Assembly: GCF_001194135.2 (NCBI RefSeq)
Contig: NC_068992.1
Location: 19,740,581 to 19,804,580 of the forward strand
Direction of reading: 5' to 3'
Length of the DNA: 64,000 nucleotides
Source of the DNA: Octopus bimaculoides
Lineage: Eukaryota
The number at the start of each line of letters is the position of its first letter. Within the stretch, counting starts at the first letter, position 1. The notes below the pieces were generated by a model. That model had not been told where the DNA came from, ran no database searches, and saw only the letters and a program-made list of their open reading frames with translations. Of this stretch, positions 50,836 through 62,760 are shown piece after piece. Both the position numbers and the translations under genes were made by a program.

Positions 50836-52299
50836 TCTCTCTCTCTCTGTTTCTCTTCCNNNNNNNNNNNNNNNNNNNNNNNNNNNNNNNNNNNNNNNNN
50901 NNNNNNNNNNNNNNNNNNNNNNNNNNNNNNNNNNNNNNNNNNNNNNNNNNNNNNNNNNNNNNNNNNNNNNNNNNNNNNNNNNNNNNNNNNNNNNNNNNNN
51001 NNNNNNNNNNNNNNNNNNNNNNNNNNNNNNNNNNNNNNNNNNNNNNNNNNNNNNNNNNNNNNNNNNNNNNNNNNNNNNNNNNNNNNNNNNNNNNNNNNNN
51101 NNNNNNNNNNNNNNNNNNNNNNNNNNNNNNNNNNNNNNNNNNNNNNNNNNNNNNNNNNNNNNNNNNNNNNNNNNNNNNNNNNNNNNNNNNNNNNNNNNNN
51201 NNNNNNNNNNNNNNNNNNNNNNNNNNNNNNNNNNNNNNNNNNNNNNNNNNNNNNNNNNNNNNNNNNNNNNNNNNNNNNNNNNNNNNNNNNNNNNNNNNNN
51301 NNNNNNNNNNNNNNNNNNNNNNNNNNNNNNNNNNNNNNNNNNNNNNNNNNNNNNNNNNNNNNNNNNNNNNNNNNNNNNNNNNNNNNNNNNNNNNNNNNNN
51401 NNNNNNNNNNNNNNNNNNNNNNNNNNNNNNNNNNNNNNNNNNNNNNNNNNNNNNNNNNNNNNNNNNNNNNNNNNNNNNNNNNNNNNNNNNNNNNNNNNNN
51501 NNNNNNNNNNNNNNNNNNNNNNNNNNNNNNNNNNNNNNNNNNNNNNNNNNNNNNNNNNNNNNNNNNNNNNNNNNNNNNNNNNNNNNNNNNNNNNNNNNNN
51601 NNNNNNNNNNNNNNNNNNNNNNNNNNNNNNNNNNNNNNNNNNNNNNNNNNNNNNNNNNNNNNNNNNNNNNNNNNNNNNNNNNNNNNNNNNNNNNNNNNNN
51701 NNNNNNNNNNNNNNNNNNNNNNNNNNNNNNNNNNNNNNNNNNNNNNNNNNNNNNNNNNTTCTGATAAACCCTTGTAGATGCGGCTGTGAAGGTGTTTGTC
51801 AATGTGGCAATTCCAGTTATTTAGTGGTTGGCTTACTTTTCCCCGCAGTTAAACATCACACCTTGCTCTTGCTCGCCAGTTTGTGAAATTTACTCTGTCC
51901 CAAAAGCCTATCAGATCTTGGGTCTAAGAGGTCCTGATGAGAGCCCTTGATGAGAGCCCTTGGCGCTGTCCCCCCTTCTCTGAATATTTTTAGTGCTTAT
52001 CTTTTGCCTTTTATTTGTACTGTCATTGGATTGCGTCCGTGCTGGTGCACCTCCTTGAAACGGCTCCAACACTTAGTTTTTTTAGACCTGAACTTATTTT
52101 ATAATAATTAAAACATATCGCAAAAATGATTTATATTAAAGGAGAAATGCAATTCTTTATCCTTTACTGAGAGGGAAAGTAGTTCCCATGTTGCGTTACA
52201 GAAACTCCAACACTAAAAAAAAGGGAAAGAGAAAGGTACCCTGAAACTGGAAACTGGATTGAATGTTTTGCAGCACAGTGAGTACAGCCAAGGTCCCAA

Positions 52300-52560
52300 G
52301 TGTTACTTTGAATCCGAGCGACGAATTAAGTCTACCAATCAAGAAGTCACTGGTGGCGTTTGAACTCGGAACGAAGAAACTGGTAAAAACACTGCAAGGC
52401 ATTTGAGCTGATTTTCGCAAACTTCACCCATCAAAGGCTCAGAATTAATGCTGTCATTACCGGCTCTAAAAGTATGAATGGCTAAGTTGACCTCAACAGC
52501 ATTTGAACTCAAGATGACTAGACTTGGAGGAAATACCGAGAAACACGCTAACCAATATCA
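52300..52560 (-). mobile_element. Two diverged family B SINE fragments in tandem
   Basis: gcgtttgaactcggaacgaagaaac and aagttgacctcaacagcatttgaactcaag...gaaataccg. Confidence 0.6.
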
Positions 52561-53655
52561 GTTGTTCGAAATCTTAGTGCGTCGAACAAGCAGAGAATGG
52601 TCAGTGTCTTTCACTGGCATGATACAATTGAACCACTGTTAAGAGGTAAGTTTGTTTAGCTGTAAAATGTACATTGGTCGTGACGATGGGAGAAGTATGA
52701 ATTTCATTGTTCGATTGGTATCCACCAGACTTCTATATATTTGATTAGACATGAGAATATTAATGTGATATTCACATGGAAATGTTATTTCAACGGAAAC
52801 AATGTAGATAACTTGCATTAAATAAAAAGACGAACAGAGCTTGATTTCATACAAGCTGCGTGTGTCGCTTTTTATTTTCCTGTAAATGACTAGGTTACTT
52901 ACTCTTTCATCTGTGAACACTACCAAGACGCTGTGAATCGCGATATAATTATATATATTTTGCTTTTCTTCACGATATGAGATCGTATCGTATCTACATC
53001 AGTACACGATCATTCACACAGTTGGAGATTTCTATTCTATTCTTTTGTAGTTATAGGACATGGAATTGTGTAAAATCCGTTGGGAGACACATGCTATTTC
53101 TGAAAGGATTAAGTTTGATTTGCTTCTAACCAATCAAATTAAACCAAGAATAGTTGCCAGTTGTTCAATTTAGCCGAAGATGTCTGCTATGTATCGTACT
53201 TTGAAAGCAAACCTTTACGTAGGTCTGTTCGTTGACATTCTTCATACAACTTCACAATTTTTCTTTTCCCCGTTTCTACTGATTTGCAATATGGTTTGTA
53301 ATAAATTCCTCTTAATTTCCTAACCATCACATATTACTGTTTCAATTTCTATCCTGCGGGTGGCTGGGCAGTTTACAGTCGAAGGTAGAATATGGGCGGA
53401 TGGATTCAATTAGGGTAAAACTGAATAGCAATCTAAGATAAGTGGAGCAGTTAATGAAAACTGGATTAAATTTATCGAATTATCCTGTCCTGCAAGGGAA
53501 TTATCAAATCAATCAATTCTATCGAAGAACTGAGTGGAGCGGAAATTACTTCATATTACAATATATCGGAATGGTCTAAATATTAATTCATTTTCTATAT
53601 ACTTCTGCGTCAGTGTGTTTATGTCGGTGCTCATTTGTTGTGTGCCAATATATGT

Positions 53656-53737
<82 letters not shown>

Positions 53738-55020
53738 ATGTGTGTTCATCTGTCTGCGTATGTATGTATGTGGGCGTGAGTACATTAGTGCTTTTGCTCC
53801 GAATATATTAGTTATTGCACATTTATAATCACTGACGCAAGCATAAACGCATGTACATATACGTTCGACCACACAAATGCACACATACGCATTCATAGAC
53901 GGAGACATGGTTCACTTCCATATTTGTTGCTTTCGAATGTGCACCAACTTACTCACATGGCATACGGAAAAAATCAAAACATTACTTTCCTGTCTTGGAT
54001 ACTGCATCTCTCTCACTCTCTCTCTGCATACCCAAACACATTCACACACACACGCATACACACACACACACACAGATATAACTACTATAGTCGTCCTTGG
54101 CAATCGAATATGACTTGGTAGCATGTACTGTATCTTTGTTAAGCGATTTAGATATAAGCAGATATCTATTTATAACCTTGGTCCAATGGAATATCCCAGA
54201 TAAGTGACGGATAAAGAAGGGAAAGTATGTACGAGTAGACAGGTGATATGCAGTTCAGCATAATTGATTATAATTTGTCTGGTATACGTGATTTTGTAAC
54301 ACCTGAATCTGACGATAACATTTCGTTAATATTTAGCATTTATTACACTGTTATGCAGTCTTTTTCAGCATATATGCAATACACACCACAAAGAGACACA
54401 CACCCGTGTGTATGTGTGTGCATGCGTGTGTGTGCGTGTGTGTCCGTGCATGTATGTGTGTGACCTACTTGTTTCGGAGTTTGTGAATGACCGCATATAT
54501 GTGAGAAGCGGATTATGTGATTGAATCACTAATTTCACTTCAGGCAAATTTAAAAAAAAAATAATTTGTAAGTGGTAAATGAACAGCAGTATCAGAAACA
54601 AACTGCTGGTAATAATGTGTATATACGTATGTATGTATGTCTGTATGTATGCATGATTTTATTTTGAGTTAGCGTGTTTGTTGAGTCCTCGATGCACACA
54701 CCCAAGTGTGTACATCTATTCGTCTAAAGAATCCCAGGTGGAGTATCTTTGAAATATCTTGCAAATCTTCACTGTACAGCTAATAATATGGATTTGGAGA
54801 ATCTATGTCAGTTTCTTCTCTTTTTTTTCTTCTAAAACCATTATATTTCTAGGTCTGAGTGTTAAATTATAGGTACATAGCCAAATATATCTATGATGAC
54901 AAGTGTAAGTGAAAACTAATTGTCAGGATACAAGAGCTGTAAGTTCCGCATTAATTCACCATAAATGTTTTTTTTCTTTTCCTGGACATTTGATGGTACA
55001 TAAACATCCAGTGGGCAGTT

Positions 55021-55359
55021 GTGGATAATGAGGGAGTGTTGTATTTTATGTATATCATTTATGGGAGGAATTGTTTGAATGGTGCAGGCCTGCTCAGCCA
55101 TCAGAGAACTCACAGGAATCGGCACATGGTAAATTGTGATATGTCTATTGTTTACAACAGAACAAGTGCAAGCTGTGGAAAGGTGTATCTTTCAATTTGA
55201 GGATTGAAAAGTCATGTCAAAAGAATTGATACTGTGGCACTTGTCCCCTCTACCAGCCATTACAGCTGTGCATTATGCCACAGAAAAGGCAAATCTTTGG
55301 CAGGGTTCAAGAGTCATACAAGAATCACACATTTCATTATCAATGACTCATTTCAATGA
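55021..55359 (+). pseudogene. Decayed triple C2H2-like zinc-finger reading frame, most likely the ORF2 C-terminus of an RTE-clade LINE
   Basis: Frame from 55021: ...IYGRNCLNGAGLLSHQRTH...TSASCGKVYLSI*GLKSHVKRI...YSCALCHRKGKSLAGFKSHTRITH...*; one internal TGA at 55198-55200; the Cx2Cx3CxSx2GLxSHxRxH pattern is typical of RTE ORF2 ends. Confidence 0.7.
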
Positions 55360-55729
55360 TTCTTTCTAGCAATGGTTTTGTTCGTATACGAGAAAGCAGC
55401 TACTTTGTATATATGTATCTATGTATGTATGTATGTATGTATGTATGTACGTACGTATGCATGTATGTATGTATGTATGTATGTACGTACGTACGTATGT
55501 ATGTATGCATGCGCGTGCTTGCATGCATGAATGCATGTATGTATTTGTTTGTGTGTATGTCTTTATAAAATGTATAAGATTTAGAAAAATTGGAAATTTC
55601 ATGTGGCACTTCTAGTAGAGCAACTGGCATTCATTTTACAAATATAGCGGAATTTCTTTAAGTTAAACATTATTTTTAAATAAAGAATAAAACCTCCTTA
55701 TTTCTCACAAAACATACAAAACAAAACTG

Positions 55730-56946
55730 TCACCATAATGGCCTCAGAAATCAAAGTGTCACGTAAAGCAACGTAATAGAAAAATAAATGGCAAAAACAG
55801 CAAAACATGAAGGACAGCTATAACAAGAAAATACATCATTAAATACATTGAAAACAACAATTAATGAAGCACAGTCGGATTTAATGATACGACCTAATTA
55901 CAGATCTTGTTGTAATTAGCACTGAATGCTGTTAATTTATCACTTAATTTTCTACAATTTTCAACGATCACTACTAAGCATTGATTCTTAAAAACGAAAT
56001 TGTTCTCTCAAAAATCAAAACCTAAGACTAAATGAAAATGGAAGATACTGCAGTAAGGCAAAAATACATTGGCGGTATTCTTCATAGCTTCAAAGTATTT
56101 GTAAATTGGGAAATATTTTCTTCAAGCTCTTTCGTTTGAGAATCTTATGTTTAACTTGTGAAGAACAAATGTTTTGACTGTTGTTTTCGTTTTCGTATTA
56201 TAGGCATACCTCGAATTACGTCGTTTCGTGTTATGACATTTTCAACTTTTGTTTGTTAATAGTAAAAATAGTCCCCAACTTCAGTCGATTTGTTCAACCA
56301 GACATCCATCTCATCGAACATATCTACAAGAATAAAAATGAAAAAAAAAAAAAACAATTGGAAAATTGAATAAAATGCATGTGGATAGATGTGAAAATAT
56401 GCACAATGCATTTAGCAAAATCTATAAATTAACAGAGTTTGTTAAACGGTTTTTCCTGTCAAGTTGCATGACTTAGAACTAACGTATATTATTAGAAATA
56501 ATATGCGTTTATCAATTTATGGTTCACCACGGCTGAATCAATAAAAGACGTTTCTCTATGAAACATATTGCTATTATTTTCCTGAGATATATTTTCCAAT
56601 AAGTTACTGCTATCGGTGAATAGATCTGCGAGATCTTCACGCGGAAGCACCTGAATAAGGCCAAGGTTGAAACCTATGTGTCATCCATACTTTTTTATCT
56701 ATATTAGTTAAACTTGTAAAGAAGAAATTAGGTATATTTCTTTGTTGACTTTCATTTTAATAGTAAATACTAACAAGATCATTTTATATACATTGTTGAA
56801 TATTGTTGTTTAATCCTAGATAATGATGAATGGAGAAATCGTTCAACAAAGCTGATCTACATCACAAACATTCAATTTTTATTCAGGAATAGTGCATCTA
56901 TGTGGAAATTATCGAAAATGTCCTTGACTTTTTTAGACGGTAGTGT
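55730..56946 (+). mobile_element. Possible heavily decayed Tc1-like DNA transposon
   Basis: QPDIHLIEHIY at about 56295-56327 resembles SPDLNPIEHxW; the following QLEN*IKCMW resembles the Tc1 C-terminal helix; the end aaagtcaag/gacggtagtgtg resembles a Tc1 TIR (reverse complement cactaccgtc.aaaag). No left TIR found. Confidence 0.35.
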
Positions 56947-57802
56947 GTGAAATGAGAGAAAATGTTTTATGCTTAGTTAATTTATGAATGATGTAAAGGC
57001 TTCTTTCTGAGCAAACATGTTCTAATAATTTCATCAAAGGAATTTGCAAACGTTATTACATCCGATAAAAGTGAATTGGTGGTTTTCACACGTGAGTGTG
57101 AAATTCGTGTTTAGACTTACCAAGATGTGCACTATGGAGTAAAATTAAGCACTAGCTATTTCTTAAACAAAATATATTATACTCATTTTAGCATATTTAT
57201 GTGTTTTTCGTTTTTTCTTTTATATACCAATAATACCTTACTTGAATATCAAACGATAAAAGAGTTAAGTTTTCAGCGCAAGAAATCTGCAAACTATTTT
57301 TGATTCCCAGCTGACACAAATATATTTTCCCCCCAAGGAAAATACAAGGTCTTTGACAAAATCTTAAAATAATCAGCTTTGAAATTATCCCCTCGGAAAA
57401 ATTATAAGATTATGTGCTTATTCGAAAGGAAACAATTTTAGTTTCTAAAAAAGTCTTTTAGCGTCGTAATTCTACGGAAGAAACTAAGACACATTGTCGT
57501 TATTCAGTGATAATGAAAATCAATTTAAGGTACAGAATAACAGCAGGGTGTATGGCAGTTTAATCCTTGAGGAAGATTTAGATGATTGCTTTCAGTATTA
57601 GCGAAAAGTATTCTTCTCCGAAGGCATCAAATTATTATAGTCATAAGTAGATGTACGTACAACGCAATTAAGTTGTGACTTTTACTCTTTGCACAATCTG
57701 TCAACAAGGAAGTACTTTCTCACGTTGCTCTCTATCAGGACCGATTAAGTTAAGCAGGTTCTTACCTACCTTATTTATGAATAAAGAACTTTAGGGAAAC
57801 AT

Positions 57803-57863
<61 letters not shown>
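57803..57863. repeat. (ACT)n microsatellite
   Basis: Direct reading. Confidence 0.98.
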
Positions 57864-58040
57864 GGTTTCAAATTTTGTCACACGGCCAGCAAGTTCGGAG
57901 GTGGAATTAAGACCATTACATCGACCCTAGTGATCAACTGGTATTTATTTTAGGGATCCCAGAAAAATGAATTCAGAACGTAAAGACGGACGAAAGGCCG
58001 CTAAGCATTCTGCCTGGCGTGCCAACGGTTCTGCTTGTTC
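57864..58040 (-). mobile_element. SINE family B (tail type 2)
   Basis: tggtttcaaattttgtcacacggccagcaag...cagaacgtaaagacggacgaaaggccgctaagcatt. Confidence 0.85.
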
Positions 58041-58049
58041 AGTGTTTTG

Positions 58050-58092
<43 letters not shown>

Positions 58093-58097
58093 TAATA

Positions 58098-58280
58098 ATC
58101 CTTTATAGTAAAGGCACAAGACATGAAAGTTTTGGCGAAAGGGTACAGACGATTGCATCGACTGACCCAGTACTCAACAAGTACTTATTCTATCGACATC
58201 GGAAAGATGAAAGCCAAAATCAACGATGGACGTAACGCAAATAACCACTTCGCACAGTGTGCTAACGATTCAGCTAGTGA
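58098..58280 (-). mobile_element. SINE family B (tail type 1)
   Basis: aatcctttatagtaaaggcacaag...gacccagtactcaacaagtacttattctatcgac...gtgctaacgattcagc. Confidence 0.82.
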
Positions 58281-58443
58281 AGTCACATACGTATCTGTAG
58301 ACATATAAACAAATCTCTAAATGAACGAATATTACGTTGAATAGAAATATGCATCCTTATTTGCACATAAATACGTACATTCAAACAAACGCATACATGC
58401 ACGCACGCATGCAAACACACACAGATACACATTATTATTATTA

Positions 58444-58492
<49 letters not shown>

Positions 58493-58494
58493 GA

Positions 58495-58630
58495 TACTGA
58501 ACTGGCAGAATCGTTGGCACGCGCGAAATGAATGCTTAGGGGCTTTCGTCCGTCTTTACGTTCTGGAATCATTCTTCCAGGGTCCCTAAAATAACTACTA
58601 GTTGATCACTAAGGTCGATATAATCGATTT
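58495..58630 (+). mobile_element. SINE family B (internally deleted)
   Basis: gaactggcagaatcgttggcacgcgc...tcgtccgtctttacgttctg...aaggtcgatataatcga. Confidence 0.85.
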
Positions 58631-60358
58631 ATACACACAAGCACACACACACATATATGCACATGTCTATACTTATATGAGCATAGTTATATACATGTAT
58701 TAAAGCAGTGGAAGAAAATGACTAAATTACACATACATGAATATTGTGTGTATGCATGCTAATTTTTACGTATGTATATATTCGTCTGTGTGTGTGTGTG
58801 TGTGTGTGTTCATGTGCATGTAAGCATAGTGAATGCAACCATATAATGCATGTGAGTATTTTGAAGCAACATATGGGGCTGTATGTGTATATATGTGCAT
58901 GTATTATTGGAAACAATTTGAAAATTTTGAGTTTGATCGAAATTATGCGTGACAGATGGAAACTTTTTTCTCAAGATTGCTGAAAAATTGCTGAACATGT
59001 GAAACTTAAATACATAGGATATTTTATCAGGAAATAGAAATTTCAATAAGAGAAAGAAAAGGACAAAACACTTTAGAAATGATGTTAATTGTATCTTTAA
59101 AAAAATATCACAAACATGTCAGTGACTATATGTAATACATGTGCAGAAAGTGCAATGTAAAATACTATTTTCTCAAGGAAATATAATTTATTCATCCATT
59201 TATTTATCATGGTGGGTGTTTTGCCGTTGTCTAACTTCATTATAAATGTTTCAAGCGAATTTATTCTTGTTAGGTGTGTAGTTGATTGAATTGAATTCAG
59301 TACTTGACTTGTACATATCATAGCTAAACTTGTATAGTGCCAATTAAATATATCGTGTACTCTCTCAATAACTTCTGCCCGAAGTTTTTATTGTGTATTG
59401 CATATTTTCGTTGTCCATACAGGCATAGCTGTGTGTAATCCCTGATACGCACACTGATTTCACACACAGCGACATACTTATCTTGTGTGAGAGGTGAAGT
59501 CTCATTTTGAAAAAAATAAATCTGCCTTCATCTCGCACATCTCCTGACTTTACGATGTATACATATATACATATCTGTGTATGCCTGCGTGTGTGTTTCG
59601 GTGTGTGTGTGTGTGAGTGTGCGCGCCCGTGCATGGAAATGTTTTCAAAACGGTTTGGATTTTTTTGTTACAAGAGAACTCCATTCACATCTGAAGATCA
59701 ACAGTAGATTAACAACTGAGCCTGATCTATACGGTGATCTTTCTACCATACAGTCTTATTCAATTGTTCTCTGAGTGATTTTTCATAATATATTACTTTC
59801 GCAATGTCTACGATTTTGGTGATTGCAATCAAAATTATGCAAACTTTCGGTATGACATTTTACAGGTTACTCGAGAAATAAGCACCTGAGATATAAATGC
59901 TTCATCGAGCGTTTGGCAAATGTTTAAGCAGAATACATTATTTTTTGTTGTATGTGTATTTTAAGTATACTAGAAAGTCTGTTTTGTTTGATAAGTGTGG
60001 AATGTGACCCCTTAATAGCAAGTCGCCAGAAATTCAGCAAAATACTATGAAAAATTTGCAACTACACCCATTGAAGCTTTGCTGTCAACTTAATATATTG
60101 CCCATGTATTATAACAAAACAACAGATCAAATCCTAAGACGAAGGACATTTTTGCAAAGGCTTCTGAAGCTTCTGTTACACGTATTCCATAGATTCCTGA
60201 CAACGGAATATTGCTTGAAAATAATATATTACGTACATTATTAGCCGAAGTGCAGATGTTCTTAGTGTGGGTCATGTCCAAGAAACTCTGATACCGACTC
60301 TTTACAAAAGCACACACAAACACACACCCATATATAATATATTTATCANNNNNNNNNN

Positions 60359-60430
60359 TCCTCAGTCAAATCGTCCAACCCATGCTAGCATGGAAAGCGG
60401 ACGTTAAACGATGATGATGATGATGATGAT
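60359..60430 (+). mobile_element. 3' tail of an RTE-mobilised retroposon with stem-loop and (GAT)n tail; body lost in the gap
   Basis: cctcagtcaaatcgtccaacccatgctagcatggaaagcggacgttaaacgatgatgatg; hairpin ccatgc-ta-gcatgg precedes the tandem tail. I recall this tail from octopus Nin-domain SINE/RTE ends (not verified). Confidence 0.7.
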
Positions 60431-60962
60431 ATATATATATATATATGAGTATACGTATAAGTGTGAGTGTATGTGTGGTCATATGAATAATCATATTATT
60501 CTACTTACCACTTGACAAGTGATTATCCTCATTCTAAGAGTTAATTAAACTGGCTAGACATTTATACAGCAAGATAATTAATTTCTTGCACCCGTCTCCT
60601 ATTTATTGGTTCTTTCAGACAATTTTCCTTGCTCTACACTCCTAATTTGACAATTCTATCTATTGTCTTAACACATTTCTATGAACCTTTCCTGAAATTT
60701 ACTACATACTTTCACTTTCACTTTTATTTTTCATCCCCTTCATTCCTCTATTGTTTTTGTCTTTCAAAATTTCTCTCTGCTCATTTCTTTTAATTTTTCT
60801 TTTTCTTTGTCACGCCAGTCTTCTTTAGTTTTCTTCAATGTTTTTCTTTGATATTGATTCTTTATATTTTTTGTATATAGTTAAATTATATTTTTAATTT
60901 CGTTTTAATTAGTTTTCATATATTCCTTACAATTTTTCTTTCCCTTTATAGTAGTAGTTCAA

Positions 60963-61000
<38 letters not shown>

Positions 61001-61012
61001 AACAGCAACAAC

Positions 61013-61225
61013 AATCTTTTCTACTAAAGGCACAAGGCCTGAAATATTTAGGGTGGGAACCAGTTGATTACATTAACTCCAATGTTTTTCATGGTACTTC
61101 ATTTATCGAAGGCAAAAAAAAAAAGGGCAAAGTCGATCTTGGCGGAATTTGAACTCACAACGTAAAGACGGACGAAATACCGCTAAGCATTTTTCACGCG
61201 TGCTAACGATTCTGCCAACTCGCTG
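61013..61225 (-). mobile_element. SINE family B (tail type 1)
   Basis: cttttctactaaaggcacaaggcctgaaat...ggcggaatttgaactcacaacgtaaagacggacgaaataccgctaagcatt...gctaacgattctgccaactcgc. Confidence 0.92.
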
Positions 61226-61261
61226 TCTTAACAGCACGAATACTAACGATACTTCAATTTT

Positions 61262-62254
61262 TAGTGGAGCAGCATCAAACTCCACGGCATGAAGGAAAAG
61301 ACAAAAAGAGAGTAGTTGCGACGAGTGAGAAACATAGTAGCTTGAATCATAATTCCAGCAATAAATTCGCACGCAGTCGCAGTAGTTTGGTATGGCACAG
61401 GAATCCTGAAGTGGAGAGAAGAGGAGCTAAAGGAGATGCACAACAAGTCAAAAAAGCTCCTGCGATGCATGGAGCCCATCTTCGACGCGCAGACACTGAT
61501 CACCTATACGTGAAGAGAGCACATGGAGGAAGAGGACTGATAAGTGTGGAAGACTGCGTGCGTATCGAACTATAGAGATTAATGAGATTCCTAGTGACAG
61601 TTAGGAACGAGGGAGTATTGAGAGCAGAGAAAAAAAAGGGAAACCAAAGGAAGAATTACGAAAAGGACATGAAGAAGTATTATGCAAGAAGGGACTACAC
61701 GGTCGAGTCCATGTGGCTACAACAGAAGTTGCTTGAAAAAATAGGTGAGATTGGCTAATGAAAGGAACGCTAAAAAAAGAGACTGAGAACACTATACCGG
61801 GAGCACAACACCAAGCTCTGGCCATGAAGTGGAGTGTCAACCTGAGAAATGAGCAATGTCTCCGCTGTGCTGCATCTTCAATAGAGTGGATGAAATCTTT
61901 GCTCAGGTCACGAGCGAAGCCCTAGAATTGCCCCAAACCACTACAGGTTGTGGTGAAACGACCAAGTAGCGAGAGTGCTACATTGGAAACTGTGCTAGAA
62001 AGAGAGGCAAGACTTGGTATGAGCACAAACTGCAGAGAGTGGCAGAGTTGGAGAATAGCAAAATCCTTTGGGATCAGGTGCTACAGCATAACAGACCAGA
62101 ACTAGTGGTGGTGAACAAGGTACACCACATGTCTTAGATAGTTGACGTTGCGTACCCCTTTGGCTCACAAATAGTAATAAACGAAAGCGAAATGATAGAT
62201 TGAACCAACCCGCTTAAGTACGAAATAACCCGGCTATGGAACATAAAGAAGGTG
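61262..62254 (+). mobile_element. Decayed R4/Dong-clade non-LTR retrotransposon fragment (RT thumb, CCHC knuckle, restriction-like endonuclease)
   Basis: Across frameshifts: AINSHAVAVVWYGTGILKWREEELKEM (from 61358) / MHGAHLRRADTDHLYVKRAHGGRGLISVEDCV / DWLMKGTLKKETENTI / AQHQAL / NDQVARVLHWKLC / WYEH...ENSKILWD (62060) ...HNRPELVVVNK...IVDVAYP...LKYEITRLWNIKKV. This motif order is characteristic of R4/Dong ORFs. Confidence 0.9.
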
Positions 62255-62257
62255 AAT

Positions 62258-62760
62258 TCGTCCACAAATTTCAGGCCTTGTACCTTTAGCAGTAATGATT
62301 ATTGTAACTTTTATTATAACTTTATTATTATTATTCATTCTGTTTTAAAACGGTGAACTGGCAGAGTTGCTAATACACCAGACAAAAGACTTAGAGGCAT
62401 TTAGTCTACCTTTACTATCTCAATGCAACTTCCATTGATGTCAACTTTAACTTTTATCCCTTTCGGTTTCGATGAACTATGAAACAATTTCAGGCTTTAT
62501 GCCTATAGTAGAACGGATGATTATGTATTCTGTTTCATGACAGCCATGTGGCAGAAACGTTATCACGCCGGGTTAGCTAATCAGCGGCATTTGTTCCGCC
62601 TCTTTATACTCTCAGTTCGAATGCCATTCAGGTCCATTTTACCTTTTATCATTTGATGTTCGTAAAAATAAAGTAAAAGTTAACAGCTGGGTCCGATATA
62701 ATCGACTAACACACTTCACCCTGGAAGTGCTCGCATTGTGTAAAAATCACGATGAATTAT
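62258..62760 (+). mobile_element. Family B SINE tail followed by two tandem diverged family B copies
   Basis: aaatttcaggccttgtacc (about 62265); gaactggcagagttgc...aatttcaggctttatgcctatagtagaacgg (62345-62525); gtggcagaaacgttatcacgccgg...ccgatataatcgactaac (62545-62760). Confidence 0.75.

Noticed and set aside
51931-51968. CTGATGA followed by gagccc (hammerhead-like) with a 13-bp tandem duplication
   Set aside because: There is no GAAA, no closing stem II partner and no stem I.
60540-60900. Minus-strand purine-rich stretch reading LKKTKEDWRDKEKEKLKEMSREKF*K, like a LINE EN-RT linker
   Set aside because: It is low-complexity, and no flanking EN or RT motifs were found.
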